Below are positions 1-9,685 of a stretch of 64,000 nucleotides of DNA, piece by piece. The notes below the pieces were generated by a model that saw nothing but the letters and a program-made list of their open reading frames with translations, made no database searches and was not told the DNA's origin. How positions within the stretch are numbered: the stretch's first letter is position 1; each line of letters begins with the position of its first letter. Source of the stretch: Acidobacteriota bacterium. GTDB taxonomy: Bacteria > Acidobacteriota > UBA6911. A program made the translations under genes and the position numbers. The stretch is from positions 4,096,001-4,160,000 of the forward strand of contig OY761556.1 of assembly GCA_963664705.1 (NCBI GenBank). Reading direction: 5' to 3'.

Positions 1-210
1 CCTTCCCAGTTTACCTTGAATGCTTCTCTGGGCCGCGTGTTCCGCACCAGTGACCGGACCAGCCTCGATCTGCGCGTAGATGCCAGCAACGCACTCAATC
101 ATGTTACCTTCCCATCCTGGAACACAACCGTGGGAAGCTCACAATTCGGATTACCCCTTTCGGCGAACGCGATGCGCAACGTCCAAACAACCGTTCGATG
201 GAGATTCTAG
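1..210 (+). CDS. TonB-dependent receptor-like outer membrane protein, C-terminal fragment (5' partial)
   Basis: LDLRVDASNALNH...FG...RNVQTTVRWRF with terminal Phe, the typical tail of Acidobacterial Oar-like TonB receptors. Confidence 0.8.
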   Translation, partial: PSQFTLNASLGRVFRTSDRTSLDLRVDASNALNHVTFPSWNTTVGSSQFGLPLSANAMRNVQTTVRWRF

Positions 211-2375
211 TGTTGAAATTCAGACTCCCCAGCTTTGCCCGTGAGGATCGATCTAAGCTTGCACTCCGGCAGCGCTGCATTTCTCCGCTGGCCTGTATTC
301 ACATCGCCCTGATCGCTCTTGCCGGATTGGGATCCTACGCGCAACAGGTAGGACAGAATACCTCAGGCCGACAGTCCGCGCCGACCTTCCAGGTCAGTAC
401 CCAACTTGTAATTGAGACAGTTACGGTAACGGATAAAAACGGAGCGCCCGTCGAAGGACTCAAGTCGGACGATTTTGTTATCACCGAAGATGGCGCACCA
501 CAGGACATCAGTGTCTTTGAGCATCAGAAGCTCGAGGATGCAGCCACCGCGCCCCCTCCACCATTGACGACACGGGCGGTGCCGCTGGCAAGATATCCGC
601 GTTCACAGATCGCAGCGGAATCGGCAGGAAAGATCCGATATCATGACCGACGGCTTCTCGTGCTCTACTTCGATATGGGAGCCATGCCGATTCCCGACCA
701 ATTACGCGCATTTTCCGCTGCCGATAAATTTGTCCGAACCCAGATGACGAAGGCCGATTTGATGGCCATCATGATGTACGATGGCGGGAGTGTCCGGGTT
801 CTCCAGGATTTTACCGCGGACCGAGACCGTATCCTTACCATCATCGAAACGCTTGCGGTTGGGGAAGACCAGAATTCCGATGACATATTGGCTGATGCCG
901 ATTCCGGACCCGCCTTCGGACAGGACGACAGCGAATTCAATATCTTCAATACCGACCGGCAGCTGTCGGCCCTTCAGACGGCAGCAAAAATGCTCGCCTC
1001 ATTGAGTGAAAAGAAGGCTCTGGTGTACTTCTCGAGCGGCCTTCGGCTGAACGGCGTCGACAACCAGGCCCAACTGCATGCAACCATCAACGCCGCCGTT
1101 CGCGCGGGAGTATCGTTCTGGCCCATCGACGCTCGCGGACTGACCGCGGAAGCTCCATTGGGAGATGCCACGCGCAGCGCGCGCGGCGGAGCAGGGATGT
1201 ACTCCGGAGCAGCAGCTGCCGCGATGATGAGCAGTTTCCAGCACTCGCAGGATACCCTGTGGGCACTGGCTTCCGATACCGGCGGCAAAGCGCTGCTGGA
1301 TTACAATGACCTCTCTCGCGGCATCGCCCAGGCGCAACACGCCATCTCGAGTTACTACATTCTCGGCTATTACACCACCAACCAGAATCTCGACGGCAGA
1401 TTCCGCCGCATCAAAGTGGCGTTGAAAAACGGCATCGCGGGATCACTCGACTACAGGCAGGGATATTATGCCCGTAAACAGTTTGGCAAATTCACCGCCG
1501 CAGAAAAGGAACGCCAACTGGAAGATGCCCTGATGCTGGAAGATCCCGTTACGGATCTTACGATCGCCATGGAAGTGGATTACTTCCAGTTGAACCGGGC
1601 AGAGTATTTTGTGCCGCTGATTGTCAAAATCCCCGGCAAGGAATTGGTCCTGGCTAAACGCGGCGGAGCCGACCGCACGCTGCTCGACTTTATCGGCGAA
1701 ATCAAAGATGAATATGGCGTAACTATTTCCAATGTACGGGATAAGGTGGACATCAAGCTGAGCGATGCCACGGCCTCAGAGCTGGCAAAACGGCCGATCC
1801 AGTACGATACCGGATTTACACTGCTTCCCGGCAAGTATCGGCTGAAATTCCTGGCCCGAGATGCAGAAACGGGCCGCATAGGAACTTATGAAATGTCCTT
1901 TGTCATTCCAAACCTGAACAAGGAAGACAAACGGATACCTATCAGTTCCGTGGTTCTCAGCAGCCAGCGCGTTGAGCTGCGTGACGCGTTATTCAATGCG
2001 TCAAAGGACAAAGGATTGAACGACTCGGTTAACCCGCTTGTGCAGGAGGGGCAGAAACTGATTCCCAGCGTTACGCGCGTATTCAGCCGGGAACGAAACA
2101 TGTATGTATACCTGCAGGCGTATCAACAGGGAGCGGATGCAGCCCATCCGCTTGTTGCCTATGTCAGCTTCTACCAGGGACAGACGAAGACATTCGAAAC
2201 CCAACCGATCCTGATTACCGAAGCGTTGAACAATCGGCTCAAGACCATGCCCGTCAAGTTCGACCTCCCACTCCGCAATTTGCCGCCGGGAGAATATAAG
2301 CTCCAGGTTACAATTACCGATTCGTCGGGGCAAAAGGCTGCATTTTGGCAGGCGCCCGTTGTTCTGATACCATAG
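198..2375 (+). CDS. VWA domain protein (VWFA-related, Acidobacterial type); start uncertain
   Basis: Signal-like segment, TFQVSTQLV..VTVTDKNG..V.GL..DF.I.EDG, LA..TGG, YYILGY, DGRFRRIKV..YRQGYYA. Confidence 0.9.
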   Translation: MEILVLKFRLPSFAREDRSKLALRQRCISPLACIHIALIALAGLGSYAQQVGQNTSGRQSAPTFQVSTQLVIETVTVTDKNGAPVEGLKSDDFVITEDGAPQDISVFEHQKLEDAATAPPPPLTTRAVPLARYPRSQIAAESAGKIRYHDRRLLVLYFDMGAMPIPDQLRAFSAADKFVRTQMTKADLMAIMMYDGGSVRVLQDFTADRDRILTIIETLAVGEDQNSDDILADADSGPAFGQDDSEFNIFNTDRQLSALQTAAKMLASLSEKKALVYFSSGLRLNGVDNQAQLHATINAAVRAGVSFWPIDARGLTAEAPLGDATRSARGGAGMYSGAAAAAMMSSFQHSQDTLWALASDTGGKALLDYNDLSRGIAQAQHAISSYYILGYYTTNQNLDGRFRRIKVALKNGIAGSLDYRQGYYARKQFGKFTAAEKERQLEDALMLEDPVTDLTIAMEVDYFQLNRAEYFVPLIVKIPGKELVLAKRGGADRTLLDFIGEIKDEYGVTISNVRDKVDIKLSDATASELAKRPIQYDTGFTLLPGKYRLKFLARDAETGRIGTYEMSFVIPNLNKEDKRIPISSVVLSSQRVELRDALFNASKDKGLNDSVNPLVQEGQKLIPSVTRVFSRERNMYVYLQAYQQGADAAHPLVAYVSFYQGQTKTFETQPILITEALNNRLKTMPVKFDLPLRNLPPGEYKLQVTITDSSGQKAAFWQAPVVLIP

Positions 2376-2503
2376 CTTCAGGAGATCGCCATGAAACTCC
2401 ACGCCTTATGTGGAATCATGGAAATTTGAGGTACACGCAAATAAGAGTGAACGAAATGACGCTCCGTCATCACTATATATGCAGAAGCGGAGGAATAACT
2501 TAT

Positions 2504-3520
2504 ATGAAACGCCTGATTAGATTCGCCTGCGTAATCCTGGTTCTTTTTGGCTCGATCCAACTATGCACATCCCGGCTGAATGCCCAAGGCCGCTTCGGGG
2601 ACAGGAATGACCAACCGCGCGAAGGCGTCTGTTTCTACACCGATGAAAATTATCGCGGCGAAAGCTATTGCGTTAACGCCGGCGAAAGCCGCCAGAATCT
2701 CGGAGATCGATTCAACGACCGCTTCTCCTCCGTCCAGGTGTTTGGAGGAGCCCAGGTCGTCGTTTACCAAGATGACAATTTCAATGGCCCCAGAACAACC
2801 TTCGCCAGCAATATCAGCAACTTGAGGGATTGGAATGACAGAATTTCGTCCTTCCAGGTTTCGGGAGGTCGCCAGTCGGGAGGCTTGTTTGGCGGGCGTC
2901 GCTCAGACCGACCCTTTGACGACGAAGCCAGAAATCGCGGCAACAAGCCCCGCAATGGTGTCTGCTTCTATACCGATGAAAATTATCGCGGCGAAAGCTA
3001 CTGCGCAGAAACCGGAGATAACCGGCGCAATGTGGAAGACCGGTTCAACGACAGGTTCTCTTCGCTGCGTATCTTTGGAGGAGCCCGCGTTGTTGTTTTT
3101 GAGGACGAGAATTTTGGCGGGCCAAGCACGACCTTCACAAATGATATTCCCAATCTGCGCAGCTGGAACGACAGAATTACCTCGTTCCAGGTTCTCGGAG
3201 GCCGCGGTGGATTCTTTGGCGGACGCCCTTCCGATCGGGATAACGGCAATTGGGGCAGAGGCAACGAACCGCGCAACGGAGCCTGTTTTTATACCGATGA
3301 GGACTATCGCGGGGACAGGTTCTGCGCTGAAACCGGGGGAAACATACGAAATGTAAGGGATCGCTTTAACGACCGGATCTCCTCAATACGTGTGTTTGGC
3401 AGAGCCCGGATCATTATCTATGAGAATGAAAATTTCTCCGGTGCCAGCAGAACATTCAATAGAGATGTTCCCAATCTGCGAGGCTTCAACGACAGGATTA
3501 CCTCCATTGAAATTCGTTAG
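2504..3520 (+). CDS. Secreted beta/gamma-crystallin-like (peptidase inhibitor I36-like) triple-repeat protein
   Basis: GGAGG RBS before ATG 2504, signal peptide, three GVCFYTDENYRGE.YC...FNDRFSS..VFG...WNDRISS repeats with Gly/Arg linkers. Confidence 0.85.
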   Translation: MKRLIRFACVILVLFGSIQLCTSRLNAQGRFGDRNDQPREGVCFYTDENYRGESYCVNAGESRQNLGDRFNDRFSSVQVFGGAQVVVYQDDNFNGPRTTFASNISNLRDWNDRISSFQVSGGRQSGGLFGGRRSDRPFDDEARNRGNKPRNGVCFYTDENYRGESYCAETGDNRRNVEDRFNDRFSSLRIFGGARVVVFEDENFGGPSTTFTNDIPNLRSWNDRITSFQVLGGRGGFFGGRPSDRDNGNWGRGNEPRNGACFYTDEDYRGDRFCAETGGNIRNVRDRFNDRISSIRVFGRARIIIYENENFSGASRTFNRDVPNLRGFNDRITSIEIR

Positions 3521-3534
3521 ACCGGAAGCACCGG

Positions 3535-3796
3535 CACTGGGAGCGCCGCCGGAGCAGCTAATGCCGCATATTATTTGTCGAGGATGAAGCCCTTTTGGAG
3601 ACAGCTGAGGATGCCATCGCCTTTGGCTTTTATGGTTTTCCAGGGCGGCAGCAATCTGCCACACTCCACGGTTCCCATTCGGGCGCAACTTTTTCTAAAT
3701 AATATGCGGCATTAGCCCGGGTGGAAGCGCTCCCAGTGGGCTTAGTCTGGAATCTGGAATCTGGAATCTGGAATTTGGAATTTGGAATCTAAAATC
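3535..3796. repeat. Nested inverted-repeat (MITE/REPIN-like) element plus TCTGGAA heptamer array
   Basis: cactgggagcgc (3535)/gcgctcccagtg (3738) outer IR; perfect 20-nt inner IR gctaatgccgcatattattt 3557-3576 / 3697-3716; (tctggaa)n 3746-3796. Confidence 0.85.
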
Positions 3797-4617
3797 TATC
3801 TCGGATCGTAATTCAAAAACAGCCGCTCATGGCGATCGAAGGTGCCATCCCACAGGTGGAAGACAAAACCGGAATCGATCGCCACGCAACCTTTTTGCGC
3901 AAGGCGAGCCAGAACCAGCGGAGCGCCGATCCCCGCGCCTACAAGGGCAATATCGATTTTTTCGTCGATATGGAGATCGAAATTGCCGTGTGCCACGCCT
4001 GATTCCGGAATCTCAAAACAGCGGACATCCCGAATCTCCATGCCCTGAAGGGTGTTCATGATGGCATCGGAATTCTTATTCTTGAAACTGGTGATGAGAG
4101 CGACGCGGCAATTCTGCAAACGTCGAAGAAAGATCGGATGCACCAGCAGCGCGTACACGAAATAAAAGGGGGCATAGTTGCGCAGCGGCATGCCATGCTG
4201 AGCCAGGAAATCCGTGAACTTGGACTGAAGCCCCAGATATACGAGATTCAGGTTCGGACATAGAACTCCATTCTCGTAAATCGTTCGAAGAGCCTCGACA
4301 TGGAGCCTCTCTACGCCGTCATTCTTCAGGCTGCTGCGACGCTCTCCCCAGCAGGTCGTTGTCGTCTTACCCGAATAGAAGCTGTATTCGCCATCGCAGA
4401 ACCGTGCGATCGGCATATATCGCGGGTTATCCAGCGCCTGAAGCACATGGTTCAAAAAGGAGTCAAACAGGACCTGATCCGAAATTCCCTTGGGCAGCAG
4501 GATCGTACACTCCGCCTTGCGCGTTTCCAGCTCTTTCGAAAACCGCTGAAAGTGAGGCGTGTTGTCATAATGCTTCAATTCAAGAAAACGGAATTCCACA
4601 GTTGCCGCATTGCTCAT
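3796..4617 (-). CDS. GT-D fold (DUF1792-like) glycosyltransferase-related protein
   Basis: ARFCDGEY resembles the GT-D RFGDGE motif; C-terminal DIALVGAG...AIDSGFVF; last gene of a GT operon. Confidence 0.65.
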   Translation of the reverse strand: MSNAATVEFRFLELKHYDNTPHFQRFSKELETRKAECTILLPKGISDQVLFDSFLNHVLQALDNPRYMPIARFCDGEYSFYSGKTTTTCWGERRSSLKNDGVERLHVEALRTIYENGVLCPNLNLVYLGLQSKFTDFLAQHGMPLRNYAPFYFVYALLVHPIFLRRLQNCRVALITSFKNKNSDAIMNTLQGMEIRDVRCFEIPESGVAHGNFDLHIDEKIDIALVGAGIGAPLVLARLAQKGCVAIDSGFVFHLWDGTFDRHERLFLNYDPR

Positions 4618-4652
4618 TGGTATTTTCCCGCCGAAAGATCGTCCTTCCGGTC

Positions 4653-5618
4653 CTAGTGCATTGTATTCCCGAGCCTGGCTTCCAGTTCTTCCCAATATTT
4701 ATCCGCCGTGCGCTCATAGATGGCAGTGTTTTTGAGATCGAGCTTCCAGGAAGTTGCTCCGACCCTGTCATTCACAATAATGTTGCAGCCACACAAGGAT
4801 GCCTCCGCCACAATCAGACCAAAAGGTTCCGGCCATCGCGGCACGTGGATATAATTCTGCGTCCGATTCAAAATGGTTGGCATCATCTCGCCGGGGACCG
4901 CACCCAGCCAGTGTCCATCTCCTTCTTTTACCAGATCCGGAGTGTGCCCCCCGATAAAAATAACGCTCCCCCGCGGGAAGTGCTGCATGATGTTGTGATA
5001 GCCTTTAGCCTCGCCCTGGCCTCCATAGCTAAGCAGCGCAATATCCCGCTTGAGCTTCATGTTGCGAAACCGTTCTGCATCCACGGCGGGAAGATACAGC
5101 ATGGTTTTTTCGTTCGGGAGCACATCGTTTCCTAAAGCGCCGGAATGAACATCCCGGTGAAGCGGTGAAAGGAACGAGCAGGCAATCGCATTCGCATAAA
5201 GCGGCTTTGCCCGTGCGATAGAACAAAGACCCGGCTTGACGTGGCAATCATGCCCGTTGACTCCAACTCCATTGCAGGGAAGATTGTCGCGTCGGCAAAG
5301 ATCTACATAGGCATTGTCGTGGTGGATATAAGGCAGCTTCCCACGAATAACCGAATCCACCAGCGACTCAATCGGTCGCTTCAGGTTCATGGGGCAGTTA
5401 TACACATCGCATAGATACCACAAGTCCGGATTTTCGTGCAGATCGCAACCATCCCGTGAAGCTATCTTGATATCGTGCCCCCTGCGCTTTGCCGCATCCA
5501 GCAGTTGGCGCATGACCTGCTCTCCCCCGCCCCCATAGATATAGGGATCCAGGTGGGCAAGATAGTTGATCCGCAGCTTCAGAGAGCTTCCGGTCTGATC
5601 ATCAGGCGCATTGTTCAT
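4653..5618 (-). CDS. Glycosyltransferase family 4 (GT-B)
   Basis: GGGEQVM N-terminal loop, KG, WPEPFGLIVAEASLCGC (EX7E); Cys-rich insert. Confidence 0.85.
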   Translation of the reverse strand: MNNAPDDQTGSSLKLRINYLAHLDPYIYGGGGEQVMRQLLDAAKRRGHDIKIASRDGCDLHENPDLWYLCDVYNCPMNLKRPIESLVDSVIRGKLPYIHHDNAYVDLCRRDNLPCNGVGVNGHDCHVKPGLCSIARAKPLYANAIACSFLSPLHRDVHSGALGNDVLPNEKTMLYLPAVDAERFRNMKLKRDIALLSYGGQGEAKGYHNIMQHFPRGSVIFIGGHTPDLVKEGDGHWLGAVPGEMMPTILNRTQNYIHVPRWPEPFGLIVAEASLCGCNIIVNDRVGATSWKLDLKNTAIYERTADKYWEELEARLGNTMH

Positions 5619-6672
5619 ATATTTGTTCGTACTGACCAAAAACTGCAGTCGGCATATTCCGCTGAAGAACCAGCGCTCGCGCGGCCTCCGATTTGGCTTT
5701 GAGCAACGCACGATCTTCCAGAAGCGAAACTGCCGCCTTTGCCAATCCGTCAATGTCTCCCTTGGGCACCAGCATCCCCGCCTCTGGAGTTACCGTTTCG
5801 GGCATTGCGCTGTCATCATACGTAATGACCGGAAGTCCCATGGACATTGCCTCAATCGCGGCTATACAGAACCCTTCGCGCGAAGTCGGGTAAAGGAACA
5901 CATCCAGCATGCCAAGAAAAACAAACTTTTGCGGTATGTTCCACAAAAATCGGATCCTGTTTTCGACGAAGAGCATTTTTGCAGCCCGCAGGACTGAGCC
6001 TGCATAGGCAGGGTTTTCATGCACCGCTCCCGCCAGCATGAAAGCAGGCGCATTCCTGGTTGTGCGCAAAATCAACGGCACGGCGTGGACAAAATCGGTC
6101 ACTTTCTTCCACGGCGTTATGTTCCCAATTCGCCCTATGGCGAGGGTGTCGAGCGGAATATTCAGATCCTTCTCTCGCAATAACAGGAGCTGCTGCCGCA
6201 CCTGCTCCCCTTGAACCACCGACCATTCATCCTCATCAATGGCATGCGGGATGATGTGGAGGCGTTCTTTGCTATTCTGCAGGCTGTGAACATACCGGGA
6301 GTTAACAATCCGCGCCCGCATGACTTCCTCTTCGCGGGCAGTTGCTCCCCTGACGCAATGAACGTTCTCAATACACGGCACGCCGATTCCAACAATGCGC
6401 TCCGCATAATCAGGGAATTCGCCCCCGGGCATGTGCATGTGGACAATGTCCGGTTTAATCGCACCAATAACCGAGACCGCATTCCCAAAATTGCCTCCGG
6501 CCTCATGCACCGCGGCGAATTTTCTGAAGTGGTCTTCAAGCCCTCCGGCAGATACCCGCAGGACATGATGCGCAAACGGATGGCCTTGAACCGCGGAATT
6601 TCGGCAAATGCCAAGCACGCATTGCTGAACTCCGCCAAAATTTGTATCTGTGGTAACGTGCAGGATTTTCAT
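5602..6672 (-). CDS. Glycosyltransferase family 4 (GT-B)
   Basis: MKILHV..GGVQQ; REGFCIAAIEAMSMGLPVI; VPKGDIDGLA. Confidence 0.92.
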   Translation of the reverse strand: MKILHVTTDTNFGGVQQCVLGICRNSAVQGHPFAHHVLRVSAGGLEDHFRKFAAVHEAGGNFGNAVSVIGAIKPDIVHMHMPGGEFPDYAERIVGIGVPCIENVHCVRGATAREEEVMRARIVNSRYVHSLQNSKERLHIIPHAIDEDEWSVVQGEQVRQQLLLLREKDLNIPLDTLAIGRIGNITPWKKVTDFVHAVPLILRTTRNAPAFMLAGAVHENPAYAGSVLRAAKMLFVENRIRFLWNIPQKFVFLGMLDVFLYPTSREGFCIAAIEAMSMGLPVITYDDSAMPETVTPEAGMLVPKGDIDGLAKAAVSLLEDRALLKAKSEAARALVLQRNMPTAVFGQYEQIYEQCA

Positions 6673-7475
6673 TGGACTGAGCCGTGCGGATCTTCCTCAG
6701 TAAACGCGCCGGAGCAGGTCTCCGTAACCAAGAGCGCATATCGGCGCTGACGATTAGGGTCATTATGAAATTTGACTTTCACTCTGGATGCGCCCCTTTT
6801 GAGAAACGGGCCGCTCCGGGTGTCGTCCCGGTTTACAGCCAAAAAAATGGCCTCAGCTTATTGGAAATCCACGGCTTGGCAAAAATACGAAGTCTGGATT
6901 CAGATTTGGCTGTCTGTCCGCTTTACAGAGTTGATGAACCTGGATCCTCCGACTCTCGAATTCGGGCTTCAGGCAATGTATTCTATCTAAATCACTTGCG
7001 TCCTGGAATCGCGGCCAATCTCCATCCTCCGACACAGTGGAATAGCTATTGCTTCCAAAATAACAACTGTCGAATCCCGCTTAGGCTTTCTGCCCCCCCG
7101 GGAACTAAGCACTGACCACGATGACGCGTGTGCCCAGCGCGGCGCTTCAGAAGCTGGAAGCATAGCTGCAGGTGCCTAAGCATGGAAGGTTCGTGGGTTG
7201 AACAGAGGCTTCCCTGGTGATTAAATAAGAAGAAAGCCTCTAACTTGTGACAGAGATCACACCTTTCGAAAGCAGACGTTGATAGCCATTGAGGCATGTG
7301 GCGCAGAAGTTCCTCTCTGGAACTGAGCTCAGATCCGTCGGCTGTGGTCTCAACATTGAACATCGAGAACAGGCATGGGCGCCAAATCGAGGGTCGCACT
7401 TCCTGCATCCATCCACAACAAAACCTTCCGACAATTGCGGAATAGTGTAGCAAGCGATAGGACTGGGGCCGAACC

Positions 7476-9611
7476 ATGAGACATTCTCCCGCTTTGGTTC
7501 ATTTTCCTGGCGCAGGCATAGGGGCAAGGCTGACAGCCGCCGTGCGCCCTGCGGCTGCCGCTTTTGCTGTCATCGCGATGATGCTCTTTCTGGCAATGCC
7601 TCAATGCATCTTTGCGGAAGACATTACACTGCTATGGGATCCAAATACCGAATCGGATCTGGCGGGCTACAAGATGTATTACGGCATGGCCTCCGGGAAA
7701 TATGGATCGCCGATTGTGGTGGGCAAGAACACCACCTACACATTTGCAGGTCTGCCGCCAGGAACCTATTTCTTCGCAGTCACTGCATACAGCACGAGTG
7801 GGCAGGAAAGCGGTTTCTCCAATGAGGTCACGACAACTGTTTCAGGAACAATTTCCATCCCGGTCGTATCGATCGTTTCACCGACTACCGCCGCGACATA
7901 CAACGCAATAACCGAGACTCTGAGTCTCAGCGGTACGGCCAGCGACAGCGTCGGGATTGCGTCTGTCACATGGGCAAGCAGCAGCGGAGGCAAGGGGACC
8001 GCCGCCGGCACTACCGCCTGGACCATTCAGGGAGTCCCGCTTCAGGCAGGAGCAAACACCATCTCCGTCACGGCCAATAACATATCGGGATCTGCAGGCA
8101 GCGCATCGCTGATCGCTAACTACACGCCCCCTTCCATCGACACAACAGCCCCTTTCATCTCCATATCCTCGCCGACCACAGCGGGGACATACAGTACGGA
8201 CAAGCCATCCCTGAGTATCGGCGGCACGGCCTCCGACAATGTGGGAATAGGCGAAGTCTCATGGTCAAACAGCGGAGGCGGCCGTGGAATCGCAGCCGGA
8301 ACCAACTCATGGTCCATTCTGGATATTGCGCTGATTGCCGGAACTAATGTCATAACAGTGATCGCAAAAGATCCCGCCGGAAACACGGCAACAGCCGTGC
8401 TCCAGGTGACCTATACCGCCGACAATATCGCGCCCGCGGTGGCCATCCGTTTGCCAACCACATCGGCGAACTATGCAACCAATACGGCTGTATTGGATAT
8501 CAGCGGAACAGCCTCCGACAATGTCGGCGTTACGGAGGTTACCTGGTCAAACAGCGCCGGCGGCAGCGGGAGCGCAACCGGAACAACCGCCTGGTCCGTC
8601 TCCGGTATAACACTGGCGCCCGGCAGCAATTCCATCACCGTCACGGGAAAGGATGCCTCCGGCAATAAGGGCACCGCCGGCCTGTCGGTTACATTCGACA
8701 ATAAAGCGCCTGTCATCAGTTCGGTGACAACCACATCTATCAAAAACACGACCGCCACTGTGACGTGGTCGACCGATGAATCATCGGACAGCCAGGTCGA
8801 ATGGGGAATAACCACCACCTACGGCTTTGTTAGCGCGTTGTCCTCAATCATGACCGCTTCGCACCTTCAGTCCCTTGACAATCTGACGGCAAACACCACC
8901 TATCACTTCCGGGTAAAATCCCGGGACACGGCAGGCAACCTGTCAACATCCTCCGATTACACTTTTCGGACCACCAACCAGATGGATATTTTGACCGGCC
9001 TGGTGGCGGCATACGGATTTGACGAAGGAACCGGAACCAGTACTGCGGACGCTTCCGGCAATGGAAGAACGGCGACTCTGTTTAACGGAAGTTGGAGCAC
9101 CACCGCAAAATTCGGGAAAGCACTCTCTTTCAATGGACACAACTCCTATGCCCTGGCTCCCAGCGGTGGATTGCCGGCCACGGGCGCCCAACAAACAATC
9201 GCCTATTGGTGGCGAACGACCCAGAAAGTCACGGACACGGAATCGATCGTTGCGCTCTTCAGCAATTCGCCACGGGCTGCCGTGCAGCCGGGTTTTAAGG
9301 ATTCCCTTATTGGTGCCATGCAGGACGGAAATGTCTGGTTGGTTGCCGGGGTGCAGCCGGCCACCAAGACATGGCATCACCTCGCCTATACCTTCGATGG
9401 GCGTATACACAACCTCTATCTGGATGGCCAGCTGATGAGCACTTCAACGATAGCTCCCGTTTTGGCCAGTCCGACGATGTTCGTGATAGGCCGCGCCGGC
9501 AACAGCACCCAGTACTACAAAGGCATCATTGACGAGCTTCGAATCTACAATCGCGCGCTCAGCCTGCCGGAAATCCAGGCTCTGATGACATCCGCGATTA
9601 ACGGGAAGTAA
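7476..9611 (+). CDS. Secreted/surface protein: Fn3 + three Ig-like repeats + Fn3 (purple acid phosphatase N-terminal-like) + LamG; start uncertain
   Basis: LLWDPNTESDLAGYK..YFFAVTAY..ESGFSNEV; repeated GTASDNVG..V.W..GT..W..L..G.N.I.V.A.D; AYGFDEG.G..D.SGNG; WHHLAYTFDG; G.IDELRIYNRALS. Confidence 0.9.
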   Translation: MRHSPALVHFPGAGIGARLTAAVRPAAAAFAVIAMMLFLAMPQCIFAEDITLLWDPNTESDLAGYKMYYGMASGKYGSPIVVGKNTTYTFAGLPPGTYFFAVTAYSTSGQESGFSNEVTTTVSGTISIPVVSIVSPTTAATYNAITETLSLSGTASDSVGIASVTWASSSGGKGTAAGTTAWTIQGVPLQAGANTISVTANNISGSAGSASLIANYTPPSIDTTAPFISISSPTTAGTYSTDKPSLSIGGTASDNVGIGEVSWSNSGGGRGIAAGTNSWSILDIALIAGTNVITVIAKDPAGNTATAVLQVTYTADNIAPAVAIRLPTTSANYATNTAVLDISGTASDNVGVTEVTWSNSAGGSGSATGTTAWSVSGITLAPGSNSITVTGKDASGNKGTAGLSVTFDNKAPVISSVTTTSIKNTTATVTWSTDESSDSQVEWGITTTYGFVSALSSIMTASHLQSLDNLTANTTYHFRVKSRDTAGNLSTSSDYTFRTTNQMDILTGLVAAYGFDEGTGTSTADASGNGRTATLFNGSWSTTAKFGKALSFNGHNSYALAPSGGLPATGAQQTIAYWWRTTQKVTDTESIVALFSNSPRAAVQPGFKDSLIGAMQDGNVWLVAGVQPATKTWHHLAYTFDGRIHNLYLDGQLMSTSTIAPVLASPTMFVIGRAGNSTQYYKGIIDELRIYNRALSLPEIQALMTSAINGK

Positions 9612-9685
9612 CCGCGCACCGATTTGGGCCGCCCGGGTTGCAGACATGCGACCCGCTCCATTGCGGCAGGAAGGAAACAGAAGAC

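Noticed and set aside
2610-3520. Internal DNA repeats as a possible DGR template/variable pair
   Set aside because: Differences are at all bases and often synonymous, and there is no reverse transcriptase in the window; this is ordinary domain triplication.
6673-7475. ORFs of up to 143 aa and a weak GG-N10-GC at about 7156 in the divergent intergenic region
   Set aside because: No protein-like motifs or RBS; the promoter match is too degenerate to call.
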